Shown: one piece after another, positions 36,470 through 47,768 of the stretch
How positions within the stretch are numbered: position 1 is the stretch's first letter
Layout of the letters: each line of letters opens with the position of its first letter
Assembly: GCA_009602725.1 (NCBI GenBank)
Contig: WELB01000019.1
Location: 1,051,682 to 1,115,681, forward strand
DNA from: Spirogloea muscicola
Lineage: Eukaryota
Reading direction: 5' to 3'
Length of the DNA: 64,000 bases
Notes under the pieces: model-generated
Told to the model about the DNA's origin: nothing
Databases searched by the model: none
What the model saw: only the letters and a program-made list of their open reading frames with translations
Made by a program: the position numbers and the translations under genes

Positions 36470-37700
36470 TGCTCTCTCTGTCTTTCTTTAGTAAGCCCCA
36501 CTTTTTGCACTAGCTTTTTCCTGAACAGTGAATTGGCTTAACTTGGCCGCCCTTTCATTTCATGCGCACCGCGAGCCCTGTCTCTGCACCGTCTCGTGCT
36601 TTGTAGTGTAATCCTTTTCCGGCACTTTTTCCTTTGGCTTTGGACATTGTCCATTCTTTTTGGGTTGGCTTTGCCAGCCCCTCTTCTCTATGGGCGAGCT
36701 CTTCTCTCTCTTGCCTTCCACAACCCTCGCCCCCTCTGAGAAGCACAATCATTCCCCTCATATTGTTTGGGGCACTGCTTGTCATTCTCTTATGATTCTA
36801 TTTTCAGGCCCTTCGCAGCCTCTTGACGTGCTCCTCTGGACCTTATTCCTTGGCTGGCCCACGGCTTGCATCTGCGACCTGCTAGCTGCCGCCTCTGGCT
36901 AGTATCAATGTGACTGCTTGCTGGCGGCTAGTCTTTAGGACTTGCATCTACTTACTAGGGATTACTATATCGATTTTTTTGAAGTACTTGCTTAGTTGTC
37001 TTTTTCTGCACTTCTGGCCCCTCGGTCTTCAACCATTCTTTTCGGGCTGGCTTTGACAGCCCTCGCTACGTTGGATGAATTTACTACTTCACAGCCATCG
37101 CTGTATTTAGCCGAGAACTGGTTCGTGGTCCTTGCGCCTTCCGGCCTCCAGACCTTGCTCATTCCTTTGGACTGGCCTCTCACAGCCATTGCCTTCATTT
37201 GCAGAGCTGCTTCTTTCTCACTTCTCGCCCTCTCCGGAAGTGCTGATTCTCTGCAGCCTTCGCCCCCTTTGGAAGCGCTACTTCTTGCTTTCGAAGAAGA
37301 GCTTTTGAATAGTAAATGTGGTGATGGCTATGGAGGAAGCAAGCTCGCTTTAAGGAGAGAAAGGACCTTCAAGGCCGCCCTCTAGCTGCAGCCTCTGGCT
37401 TTCATCAAGGACATTGCTTCCTGGCGGCTAGTCTTTTTGACTTGGGGCTGCTAACTAGAGGTTACGAAGGTATCATCCTACATGATACTTCCTCAGCTGT
37501 TTGTCAGCGCTTTTCGGCCCCTTCGGAGCTTGTCAACCCTTCTCGGGCCGGCGTTTCACAGCCTTCGATCTCTTTTGCTTGAGCTTTCTTTGCGAAAGCT
37601 GTGCAGGAAAGTCTTTTCCAGAAGAAGGCGATGGCTGTGATTGGCCAGCCCGATACTAATAAACAAAGTTCGAGGGGGCCAGAAAAGCGTGTGGTATTGG
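36470..37700. mobile_element. Cluster D: CRE-like 3' fragments upstream of the SES1-like gene
   Basis: ttggacattgtccattc...ggctttgccagcccctcttctctatgggcgagc at 36640-36700, DLHLLTRDY at ~36940 and DLGLLTRGY at ~37440, with several GGCTG...CAGCC hairpins. Confidence 0.75.
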
Positions 37701-37931
37701 AAAGAAAATGAAAGGTAGTTGGCGGGAGTGTCGCACAGTCGCACAGGCGTCGCTACGTAGTCGCCGACCAATCCTCACGTCCGCATCGCCGTCGCCGAGC
37801 CATTGCCCGGCAGTTGGCTGGATAACCTGGCCCTGGCTACGCCGCCTGCAGCTTGATCAAATCCCCCCGGCCTTCTCAAGTACGCGGCGACCGGCGGAGG
37901 CAGCCGCCAAGCGCCGCCGCCGCGCCGCGTC

Positions 37932-39195
37932 ATGCGCCGCGGCGAGGCGGCGGCAAGCGAGCCGGAGGACGTCGACTTCTCCATGCTGTCCCCCACGGCC
38001 AGAGGCGCCGAGGGCGGCCTGTCCGTTGACGAGCTCGTGACCGGCAGGCCGGCGCTCGCCTGCTGCTCTCGCTGCCGCCACCGCCATCATGCTGACTGAT
38101 CGCTGATGACCTCGTGTTTGCAACACCTGGCAAGCTCCGCGACGAGGAACTGACTAGGCGGATGACGGCTTGGCTCTACAGGGGAATCAAGGCGCTGGCG
38201 AAGCATCTGGCCCGCATGCGGGCGAAGGCGAATGACCGCACGGTTGTGCTCATGGATCAGTATGCTGCTGTCATAAAGGAAGATATCAACGGAGTCGAAA
38301 GCAGGCTACTGAAGCGCATGTACAAGCCCTGAGATTTCTCAACCCAGCAGCTTGTGCAGCCTCTCGTCGCGCTATCACTATCGTCAATAAGCTAAAGACG
38401 TGAGCCAGCTTGTGTCTCTCAGGGATGCTCATGCACTTCGGAATCAGCTGATGCTGGCACGGATTGAGAGGCACAATAATGTGCCTCATGACACTCAACA
38501 GTATGCAAGCCCAGCAAACCAGACTGTGGACAGGGCAACTCATGTAAGTACGACAACTAAAGGTCGGAGTCATGGCAGGCCACAACTCTCCGATGGTGCA
38601 CAGCAGCATGCATGACAAGCATCTGACTTCCACGCTGCAGGATAAGGGGTGGACATTCACGCCTCAGGAGAGCCTTGATGCTGGACATGTGACACTTGAT
38701 GATCTGGCGAGGAAAGGGGCCATTCTCGGCTTCCTTAGCGACCCTGGGCCCAATGACTTCACAGCTCAAGGAAATACAGCAGGCCTTCCTTCCTGCCAGC
38801 TGCCCGGCATACATCACCTCTCCACAGCATGTACAGAGCAAGGCGATGAACTTTGGCATAGGCTGCTGAGTGAACAGCTTGATGGCAATGCCACTGATTC
38901 CTTAGCGGATATAAGAACAAGCTGCACGACAGAGGAAGCTTCTGCTTGTATCGACAAAGTGCACATGTGGGCCGAAGTTGCACGACAGCTTGCTCCTTTA
39001 GACACTAGAAAGTAATCGGCAAATAGGAACTGCCTGGCGCATCAGCCACTAAATCTTCAAGGCATCTCTGACACATTTATGGCACCATCATTCATGGGAA
39101 AGCTCAAGTCAAGCCTTCTTCAAGAACCAGATGCAGTACCCACTCAGGAATCTGTCAGGCCACCACCCCCTAAGTACAGTAGAAGGTTGGAGTAG
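37932..39195 (+). pseudogene. Possible decayed gene of unknown family
   Basis: Consecutive protein-like segments lie in different frames (KLRDEELTRRMTAWLYRG..., ALRFLNPAAC..., DAHALRNQLMLARIERH..., LQDKGWTFTPQE...WHRLLSEQL), with a gtaagt donor at ~38544. I do not recognise a family. Confidence 0.3.
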
Positions 39196-39253
39196 GAGAG
39201 TGTCATGTTATGAGATAAAGCTGAGTCAATTTACAGGATCAGGGAGGTGATCT

Positions 39254-40508
39254 CTAGGTCTCAATGCTCCTGGTGGCAAAGAAGTTTGCCAAGCTCTGGA
39301 AAACTGTGTTGTGCCACGGGTCAGACAGATGCTGGAGAAGGTTGGCATAAGGGCCATCTCCAGTGATGCGGGACTGGACGATGAAGCCGAAGAATGCAAC
39401 CATGGCCAGGCGGCCTGCAGTCAGACAGAACAAAAGTGAGCTCCTGGAGGGTCGTTCTCATCATCCATCGCATCACAAAGAAGAATCCTTGAGCTGTCTG
39501 CCTGTGCTTGTTAGTCTCACAAAGCGCTCCCACAGACAAGCTCATGTCATTGCTAGGCTTAGCTGAAACCCGTGATCCATCATGATATACCACACAGACC
39601 AACATTTGATAGGTAGAACCTGCTCGGTCAAAGGCGAGCGAGGAGCTAAAGCAGCTGTAAAGTCCCTCTGTGAGCTGGGACAGTCGCTAAGACAAGTCAT
39701 ATAGCCAGGTCCAGGTCAAGTGGACTCACCATTGGCAATCTCCTTCTCCTTCGCCTCCAAGGAGGGCGCAAACCCAAGAGGGTTGAAGATGCCACCGGGG
39801 TATCCGACCTCATTGGGAGGCAGCTTCTGGCCCTTGAAGATGGGGTCCTCATTCACGCTTCCTGGGAAGCGAATGTCTTGCCATCTTCGGACCTCCACGT
39901 AGTGGAAGAGGAGGAACTCAATGATGAAGAGGGTGGAGGATGGAGCGAAGTACTCGGCGGCACCAGCGTCATACCAGAGCGGCACTTTGAGGATACCAAT
40001 CTTGGTCAGGACCTCGGGAATCAGAATGCCGGCCACTCCAAGCATGGCCCAGCGGCCATTCTGGAGCTCCGCCTGGACGAACCACTTAAGGTTCTCGGGG
40101 TCCTCGCCAAGAGACAGGGGGTCGAAGCCGTTGTCACCAGCAAGGCTGGGCGCAGCAAATGTAGAATTCATGTGAGCAGCTTGCTGACATTACATAATGC
40201 GAGCCGTCACGTATCGTGCTGCGCCTTTCTATGTTGCGAAGCTTTGACGAGCACACCCAGTCCCTCGTCATGATTCCCCTCAGAGCTTCCGGAAGCATAG
40301 CCGAGGTCCTAAGCCTCCCTCCCGCAATGCCGTGCAGGCGGCGCAGACCGACCTGCCGGCAATGCACTGCAGGCGGCGCAGACCGACCTGCCGTCCAGAT
40401 AAGCCGGGGAAGCGAGGCCCGGAAGCCACTGGCCCTTCTCGGCCCTGACCACCAGGGCGCCAGCGCGCGGGGCGGCGGCGGGCGCGGCGGACGCGGCCCG
40501 CGCGAGGC

Positions 40509-40510
<2 letters not shown>
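39254..40510 (-). CDS. LHCA4: Photosystem I light-harvesting chlorophyll a/b protein Lhca4, 5' end lost
   Basis: Exons ...-40388, 40145-39730 and 39414-39254 give [28 protein letters not shown]...[17 protein letters not shown]...[23 protein letters not shown]...[12 protein letters not shown]...[10 protein letters not shown]. Confidence 0.9.
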
Positions 40511-40599
<89 letters not shown>

Positions 40600-41254
40600 A
40601 CCAGCGGCGCCGGGAACAGGGTGCAGCCCTTCCCNNNNNNNNNNNNNNNNNNNNNNNNNNNNNNNNNNNNNNNNNNNNNNNNNNNNNNNNNNNNNNNNNN
40701 NNNNNNNNNNNNNNNNNNNNNNNNNNNNNNNNNNNNNNNNNNNNNNNNNNNNNNNNNNNNNNNNNNNNNNNNNNNNNNNNNNNNNNNNNNNNNNNNNNNN
40801 NNNNNNNNNNNNNNNNNNNNNNNNNNNNNNNNNNNNNNNNNNNNNNNNNNNNNNNNNNNNNNNNNNNNNNNNNNNNNNNNNNNNNNNNNNNNNNNNNNNN
40901 NNNNNNNNNNNNNNNNNNNNNNNNNNNNNNNNNNNNNNNNNNNNNNNNNNNNNNNNNNNNNNNNNNNNNNNNNNNNNNNNNNNNNNNNNNNNNNNNNNNN
41001 NNNNNNNNNNNNNNNNNNNNNNNNNNNNNNNNNNNNNNNNNNNNNNNNNNNNNNNNNNNNNNNNNNNNNNNNNNNNNNNNNNNNNNNNNNNNNNNNNNNN
41101 NNNNNNNNNNNNNNNNNNNNNNNNNNNNNNNNNNNNNNNNNNNNNNNNNNNNNNNNNNNNNNNNNNNNNNNNNNNNNNNNNNNNNNNNNNNNNNNNNNNN
41201 NNNNNNNNNNNNNNNNNNNNNNNNNNNNNNNNNNNNNNNNNNNNNNNNNNNNNN

Positions 41255-42920
41255 TAAGGTACCTAAGATGACATTAGTACCCACGGGTGAGCACAAACAA
41301 ATCTGACAAGCTAACTTGGGGAGCTGGAGCGCCGCCACGAAAGCCGGAGGCCTGACTTAGAGCGCGCCCTGCACGTTGATGAAGAGCCAATGCTTGCGAG
41401 CGCTGCAAACTAAGCGAGAGCCGCATTCTATAATATGCAACTAAGGCCTGCGGAATGCTGGAGTGGCCAAAGAGAGGCTGGAGTGGCAGAGGGAGATGCA
41501 GATGGCTGCTCAGTATCCACGTGTGAGCAACAGCAGATCAGAGTAACTCGGAGCAGGAGAAGCGGCACTTTGCCGAGACCCGGAAGCAGCAGCCATAGCA
41601 CGGCCAGCCCGCGCGTGGACCGCATGAGCCAAAGAGCGCTGCAGCGAGACCGCCAGCCTCATCCGAAAGACCTGCGAGAGGGAGCCGGCAGCAATGAAGC
41701 CTGGCGAACCCTGCCGCCGCTCGATGGCCTACCGGGCAAGCCGCTGGAGGAGATCCAACCAGCCACTGCCAAATGCCCCGTGTACGTCAATGGCCAGTGC
41801 CGCGAAGGCATCGCCTGGAGGGTGGTCAGAGTACTTGCGCTCCTTACTCCGAGCTGCCAGAGCGACCGCGTGCCCGACGAGCGTCGCGGACCTCGCGGGA
41901 GAACAGGAAACAGGAAGCGCGGCCAGATTGACTGGTGGCTGGGAAAGGCCAGCCCAAAGGAATGGACAAGGTCTGAAGGAGCCGGAGTACGGAGGACTAG
42001 GACTAAGAAGAAAGAAGGAAGTGCCCGCCCATAAAGAAGAAGAAGAAGGCTCGCCCATAAAGAAAGAGGGGCTGGCAAAGCCAGCCCAAAAAGAATGGAC
42101 AATGTCCAAAGCCGAAGAATGAGAAGCCGAGGAAGGAAGAGGGGCTGGGAAAACCAACCCAAAAAGAATGGACAATGTTCAAAGCCAAAGAAAGAAGTGC
42201 CGAAACTGGACTACACTACAAAGTGCAAGACGGTGCAGAGGAAGATGCAGATGGATGCTCAGTATCCACGGACTAAGACATCAGCCAGGGAGCGTTCAGT
42301 AACCTCTAGTCAGGAGATGCAAGTCCGAGTAGCTAGCCGGCGGAAAGAGGTCGCCCTGACGGAAGCGGGAGGCCGCCAAGAACGAGGTGCCGAAAATGGA
42401 CTACAAGGACTACCAAAGGGGGGCAATGGCTGTGCATAAACAGCCCGGGTAAATAGAGAGAAGGCGCGGCCAGAGTGAATGGTGACTGCGAGAGGCCAGC
42501 CCAAACAAAGCGCGGCCAGATGACTGCCCAAAGGAATGGACAAGGTCTGAAGGAGCCGAATGATACAGAAAGCAAGGTGCTGAAGTGCTAAGACGGCAGC
42601 ATGGGGAGTAAAAAAGCAGGAAGGAGAGAAGGCGCGCTGTGCGCATGAAATGAAAGGGTGGCATTGCAAGCCAATGTGTTGTTCAGGCAAAAGCTTGTGC
42701 AATAAGTGGGGCTACATGAAACGAAGCCGAGGCTAAGGTGGCTGAGGTAACAGTGTGACGTTAGTACCCACGAGTAAGCACACACATTCCGACAGGCTAT
42801 AGTGGGGAGACTGAGCGCCGCCACGGAAGCCGGTTCTGACTTAGAGCGCGCCCAGCACGCTGAGGAAAGGCCAGAGCTTTGGAGCGCTGCAAAGAGAAGG
42901 GAGGATCTTAAATGCAACAG
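41255..42920 (-). mobile_element. Cluster E: nested CRE-like retrotransposon 3' ends
   Basis: SLQRSQALALHQRAGRAL...SDLFVLTRGY* (stop ~41274) and GHAVALAARSKERKY...ALAIDVHGAFG...RLAVSLQRS...SDLLLLTRGY* (~41510-41890). Further RGY* ends lie near 42259, 42296 and 42761. Confidence 0.85.
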
Positions 42921-43469
42921 GAACGGGCAAAGTGGGGCAAGCAGCACCAGCAGAAGAAAGCTCAGCGGCTCGCTACCACCATCAGCCTATGTGGAGTAGC
43001 ATCCCCGGCTCATCAACAGCAGAAAACAGGCGAGCATGGGGTGCTTATTATTCACTATCGAGTCTCGGCTTAGTAAGATGCTGAGCTCCTAAAACCTTCG
43101 ACTACTTGTGCATTGCATGATTCATTGTTGGGCTGGCCTCAATTGATAACAATGATCTCGTTAGGGAGAGCACTCTTCTGATGCCAACCCAATTGGTCCA
43201 AGCGGTGCGTGAAGGGCGTGGAGGTGATCCCAAGTAGTGATTCGCTAGTTAACACATCAGTTCACTTGCAATTACTCCGACATCTTCCGGGCAGCCCTTG
43301 CAGGCTCGTGTCTTTTCCAAGGAGCAGATGAGTCAACTTGACCACAAACGCCGCCGGCTCTCGCTGAGCCAGCATTGCTTGCAGGCCCTGGCCCTCCATG
43401 AGCGTACTTGGCACGCTTAAGCCAGGCCACTGGCTTCTGTGGCAGCTCCTCAAATCAGCCTGTAACACT

Positions 43470-43900
43470 TGCAATTGCTCACTCGTGGATGCTAAAGAAA
43501 GAATACCAAAGCCCTCCTCCAGCCGTGCTTTCCCTTTGGCTTCCTTGGCATCTCCTAGCATAGTGCTTCGCTTTATCTTGTCCCCAATGTTTGCACTTCC
43601 TTTTGCCTTTCAAGTCGTCTGTGCTTGGCCTTCCTTTCCACTTCTTGTGCACCACCTTCTCTATCTTGGTACCACTGATAGCAAGGTTGCTTAACTTGGC
43701 TGATCATCGCTCGACACCATAGCCGTGCATTCGCAGCAAAGCAACAGCATCCACGCCGCCGAGTCGTTGCGCCACCATCCACGCTGCCAATCTGGTGTGC
43801 CTCCGGTGCGTGGGCAGTGGCTCGCTGACTTGCAACGGGCTGCTAGCGGCGGCACTTCCCAAGGCCTCACTCTCTGCGATCCCTAGCCTTTGCATGAAAA
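43470..43900 (-). pseudogene. Possible decayed MULE/SWIM-type transposase C-terminus
   Basis: Reading through the stop at 43704 gives ...KKWKGRPSTDDLKGKRKCKHWGQDKAKHYARRC. This resembles the GRP + CxxC-H-C knuckle ending of Mutator-like proteins, with one Cys replaced by Trp. Confidence 0.3.
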
Positions 43901-43959
43901 GTGTGTTGGATTGAATGGGCCTCCCTGTAATCTCATGCTTTCGTTCTTCTTGCTTGAGC

Positions 43960-44900
43960 AACGGTGTACTGGCTCGGCTTGGCATCCTTTCAATGTACGT
44001 ATTTGTTCCTTTCTGGCCCCTTTGCAACTTGTCCATTCTTGCCGGGCTGGCTTTTACAGCGCTCGCCCCCGTTTGATCAGCCGACTCAATCTGGAAGAAG
44101 CTTCCTTCCTCCTGTGTGGCGCGCGGCGCGCGGCGCTCAGGCTCCCCAAGTTAGCTTGTCGCTTTTGTACGTACTCACCCGTGTGTACTAACGTCACACT
44201 GTTACCCTCGCCACCTTGGCATTAGGCTTTGTGAAATGTAGCCATTCTTTTTTGCACTAGTTTCTGCCTAAACAATGTTATTGGCTTGAATTGGCATACC
44301 TTTCATTCAATGCGCACTGCGCTCTCACAGCTACCGCCTGTGGTGGCCAAGCTCACGCAGTGCACTTACGGGCTGCAATATACCTCCAAGTATATTTTGC
44401 ACATATTTTGCACAAGTACAAGGACCACCCGGTGGTGGTCCCAGGCGATTGCTTTGCATCGCCGGGCTGGTCGCGCCCTTGCAGCAGCCTCTGGTTTGCG
44501 CAGCGGGGTTGCTCTTCCTCCCCTCCGCTCATCTGACTTCCTACTGCTGACACGGGATTCCGTGTATTAGAAACAAATGTAGGGCCAAATGGTCAAGTAC
44601 AAAGGCAAGCACATCTAAAGATCCACAGCAGATTGACCCGCTCAATAACCACGGGTCAAAACATAAAGGTCACTAATCGATGCATGAATGCATAGATGCT
44701 AGAAACAGAGCCCTTCTGCCACCAACTAAGAAGAAGAAAGTGCTCGCCCATTGAGAGCTCGCCCAGCTCTTTGGTGCAAGCACTAGCCTGACACGGGGGT
44801 ATTGAGGGCGCCCTGTCTGCCTAGCCTTTGGCTCCGTCATGAACACCTGTATGCATCTGGCTGGCATTTTACAGCCGATTCTTTAATATCAGCAGTCGCC
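43960..44900. mobile_element. Cluster F: CRE-like 3' ends including a three-level nested insertion
   Basis: APQVSLSLLYVLTRVY* (44191). SQAIALHRRAGRALAAASG...SDFLLLTR|GY* is split by an antisense insert flanked by the duplication ctgacacggg. Confidence 0.85.
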
Positions 44901-44965
44901 TTTCGACTTGTCCAGCGCCGTTCAAACGTGGCGCCGGTGGCTGGCAGCGCGCCAAGTGGCCGGCA

Positions 44966-47275
44966 ATGCGCGCAGCGCAGCGGCTGCCGCTCGCCGGCCG
45001 CCTGCCCGTCGCGCCGCGCCGCGCCGCNCGCCGCTGCCGCCGCGAGCCCGGCCGGCCTGCCTCGCCTGCGCGCCTCTGCGGCTGGTGAGCTGTGGCTTCC
45101 GGGGCCCCATTTGATGTGACCGCATATGTCGCAGAAAGCCAGAGACATGCCATCAACTGCTAGTAGATACATGTTGGTGGTTTGTGATGCTTCGTCGCTC
45201 TCCGTATTGTTCGTCGCTTAGTGCTGCATCTGCTAAGTCAGTAGCCGGTAAGACCGCCATGATCGTCGTTACCACGCCTAGACCCCAGCCAGGCATCCCA
45301 CTGCAGCTGCCTTTGGATCTCTCGACGAAGACAGTGAGCCGCAGTGTGTTGAGTTCAGGTCGCCAGTGGTGGCTTCGTAACATCGGCGAGAATGTCTGCC
45401 AGCATGGCCGCGCCAGTACCAAAGGAAGCTGCGGCCAACAACCCTGGACTATGTGAAACGCCTGATGAGACTACAAAAGGCTACATTTTCCAGCAAACAG
45501 TAAGAGCCAATGCGGTGATGCACTCTGACATGAAAGAGCATCTGAGCTGAGCTCTCACGTAGACTTGTCTCTGTAGCGTGTAAGCTGGAATACTTGCTGG
45601 TAAAGACGATCACATATTCTGCAGTCAGCAAATGTTACTTCCAAAGGTTTTGTTAGTTTGGATCTCCTTTCTTTCGATTGTGAGCTTCCAGATGTATCGG
45701 ATCAAGGATCCAAAGGCGAGTCTTGACTTCTACTCGAGAGTGTTGGGCATGACGTAGGTGGAATCTGATCAAAGTTGTGGTGCACTGGCATTCTCTAGGC
45801 ACTTCTTTGCCACTAGCTAGCCGTACAAGCTCGTTCTGTGGCATGTCACCTGAGATAGCTGGTTCATGACAGAGCTACTCCTGCTTGTGACCTTTTCCAA
45901 CTATTAGGCTGAAAGTGGCCCTGATATTCTTCCCTCTCATGCACTTACCTTCAGCATATTCTTGGTGCCAGGCTTTTGAAGAGGCTCGATTATCCTAGTG
46001 GCAAGTTCTCCATATATTTCATGGGCTATGAGGTTAACACAGCTTCTGACTAGCTCTATCCTATACCGCTCAAAAAGGGTGGTGTAGTGAATGATATTAT
46101 ATATTCAGATTGAACGAGATTTGCAAGCAGTCTGTGTTTATGCCATTTTGTCAAGCACCGAGATTGCACTAAAGTCAGAGACTAAGAGCACGACATGCTG
46201 TTGTTTATAGAGTCAATTGCCTAACGGTGTGGAGAGGGCTCAAGAGGGCTAACTATGATCTGTTTAATGGTTTATCTCGCATTGCTGGCAGGATCCACGT
46301 GAAATACCTCAGGATGACAGTGAACGGGTCAAATGGCTGTTTTCAAGAAAAGCAACATTGGAGTTGACACAGTAAATCGATCACATCTTTCTTTGTGAAT
46401 GTCAAGGCATGTTTGACCTGAATTGCTTTGTAAAGGCCATTGCCTCAAACTTAGACGTACAGGCTTACATATAAATCTTCAATAGGCAACAGCCTTATGA
46501 CTTGGTGCTGGGTCTTCTGGCAAGGTGCTTGTTCAGGTGTTTCTTGAACAATCAATTCGCTTGTTGTGCAGCAATTGGGGCACTGAATCTGATCCTAATT
46601 GTCAATACCACAATGGCAACAAAGACCCACGAGGATATGGTGTGTTCTCTTTGCAGGAAAAGCTCCCTTCTCATGTGAATAAGACGTACTGTTGCGGGCC
46701 ATTAAGTGCACCGGAGGTCCAGCATGTCTTGTAATCCGCGCCACGTAGCCAATGCATCTGTACATGACTGTGGCTGCATCTGAGATGTGGCAAGTAAATG
46801 TGTAAGTTGGCCAACGTGGACGTATCTCAGCCTCCATTCTCTGAATTGCTCATTGTGTTGGATCTATTGCAATTTGGTCACAGGTCACATAGGATTGGTC
46901 GTTGATGATGTACATAAGGCCTGTGAAAGATTCGAGCAGCTGGGCATCCAATTTGTTAAGCGGCCTGATGAAGGTAGTCAAGTTGTACAGTGTTGTGGAG
47001 CCCAGCAGCTAGCCAGGCATGCTTGCGGTCACGTAGAACGTGGGTGCATAGATGTGGGTACTTCTTTTGCCAGATGCCATTGCAGGCTTCCATAGCCTCA
47101 CTACTGAGGAGTCCTGTATCTATAGCACCAACACTCCCTACATTCACACTTTATGACAGTGCAGCTCACTTAGGCAAAGATTGTGACAGGACAAATGAAG
47201 GGACTTGCCTTCATCCAGGATCCTGATGGCTACTGGATAGAGATCTTAGACAACAAGGTTGTGGAGAACTTCTGA
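44966..47275 (+). CDS. GLX1: Lactoylglutathione lyase (glyoxalase I, Zn-type) with a putative transit-peptide exon
   Basis: [17 protein letters not shown]...KGYIFQQT (45404), [49 protein letters not shown] and [16 protein letters not shown]...ENF* (47275). Confidence 0.93.
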
Positions 47276-47519
47276 GGCTACGTATGACTCCACGAGCAGC
47301 TTCAAGAGTGAGTGAAGACGACAAGTATCAAAACAAATAACGTAGATGAAGGACACAAAGATCTGCAACTGTATGTCATCTGCAGAAGCAATGCTTGTAT
47401 TTAACATTCAATGCAGGCCTTGCATACAGTGCAACACATTGACATGATTTGCACGCCAAATCTGCGGTACTCCTAGGTGGCAGTGAAATTGCTAGGAAGA
47501 GATTAAGAACTTGGCGCCT

Positions 47520-47768
47520 GCTGAAGGGTGAACTATGCATTGCTAATGCACTCTGGCTGATATTCCGTTTATCCGAGCATACCATTGCCCACTTGGCACT
47601 CCGCTTAGATACCGGCAGGAGGCTCAGGTTGACCTTGGGAAGGCTACTGCAGACTGGCTGACCCAGCTGCCCGAGTGGCGGCGTGGTGGCTGTGCAGACG
47701 GTGGACAAAATTAGACATGCTGCCGCCCTTCTCCCAGCTGCCCTGTACCGTAACCTTGGAGACCTCTA
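47520..47768 (-). pseudogene. Decayed duplicate of the last exon of the PAP/fibrillin gene
   Basis: VTVQGSWEKGGS...LGQPVCSSLPKVNLSL...RSAKW aligns by eye with 49550-49802 (VAVQGSWEKGGS...LGQPVSTDLPKVTLSL...RSADW) but is frameshifted. Confidence 0.8.

Noticed and set aside
40511..41254. 85-nt poly-T, giving poly-Phe and poly-Lys ORFs of ~350 aa, and a possible retrocopy poly(A)
   Set aside because: It lies next to a 620-N gap and interrupts the Lhca4 transit-peptide exon. The ORFs are mostly X. It is most likely a sequencing or gap-fill artefact.
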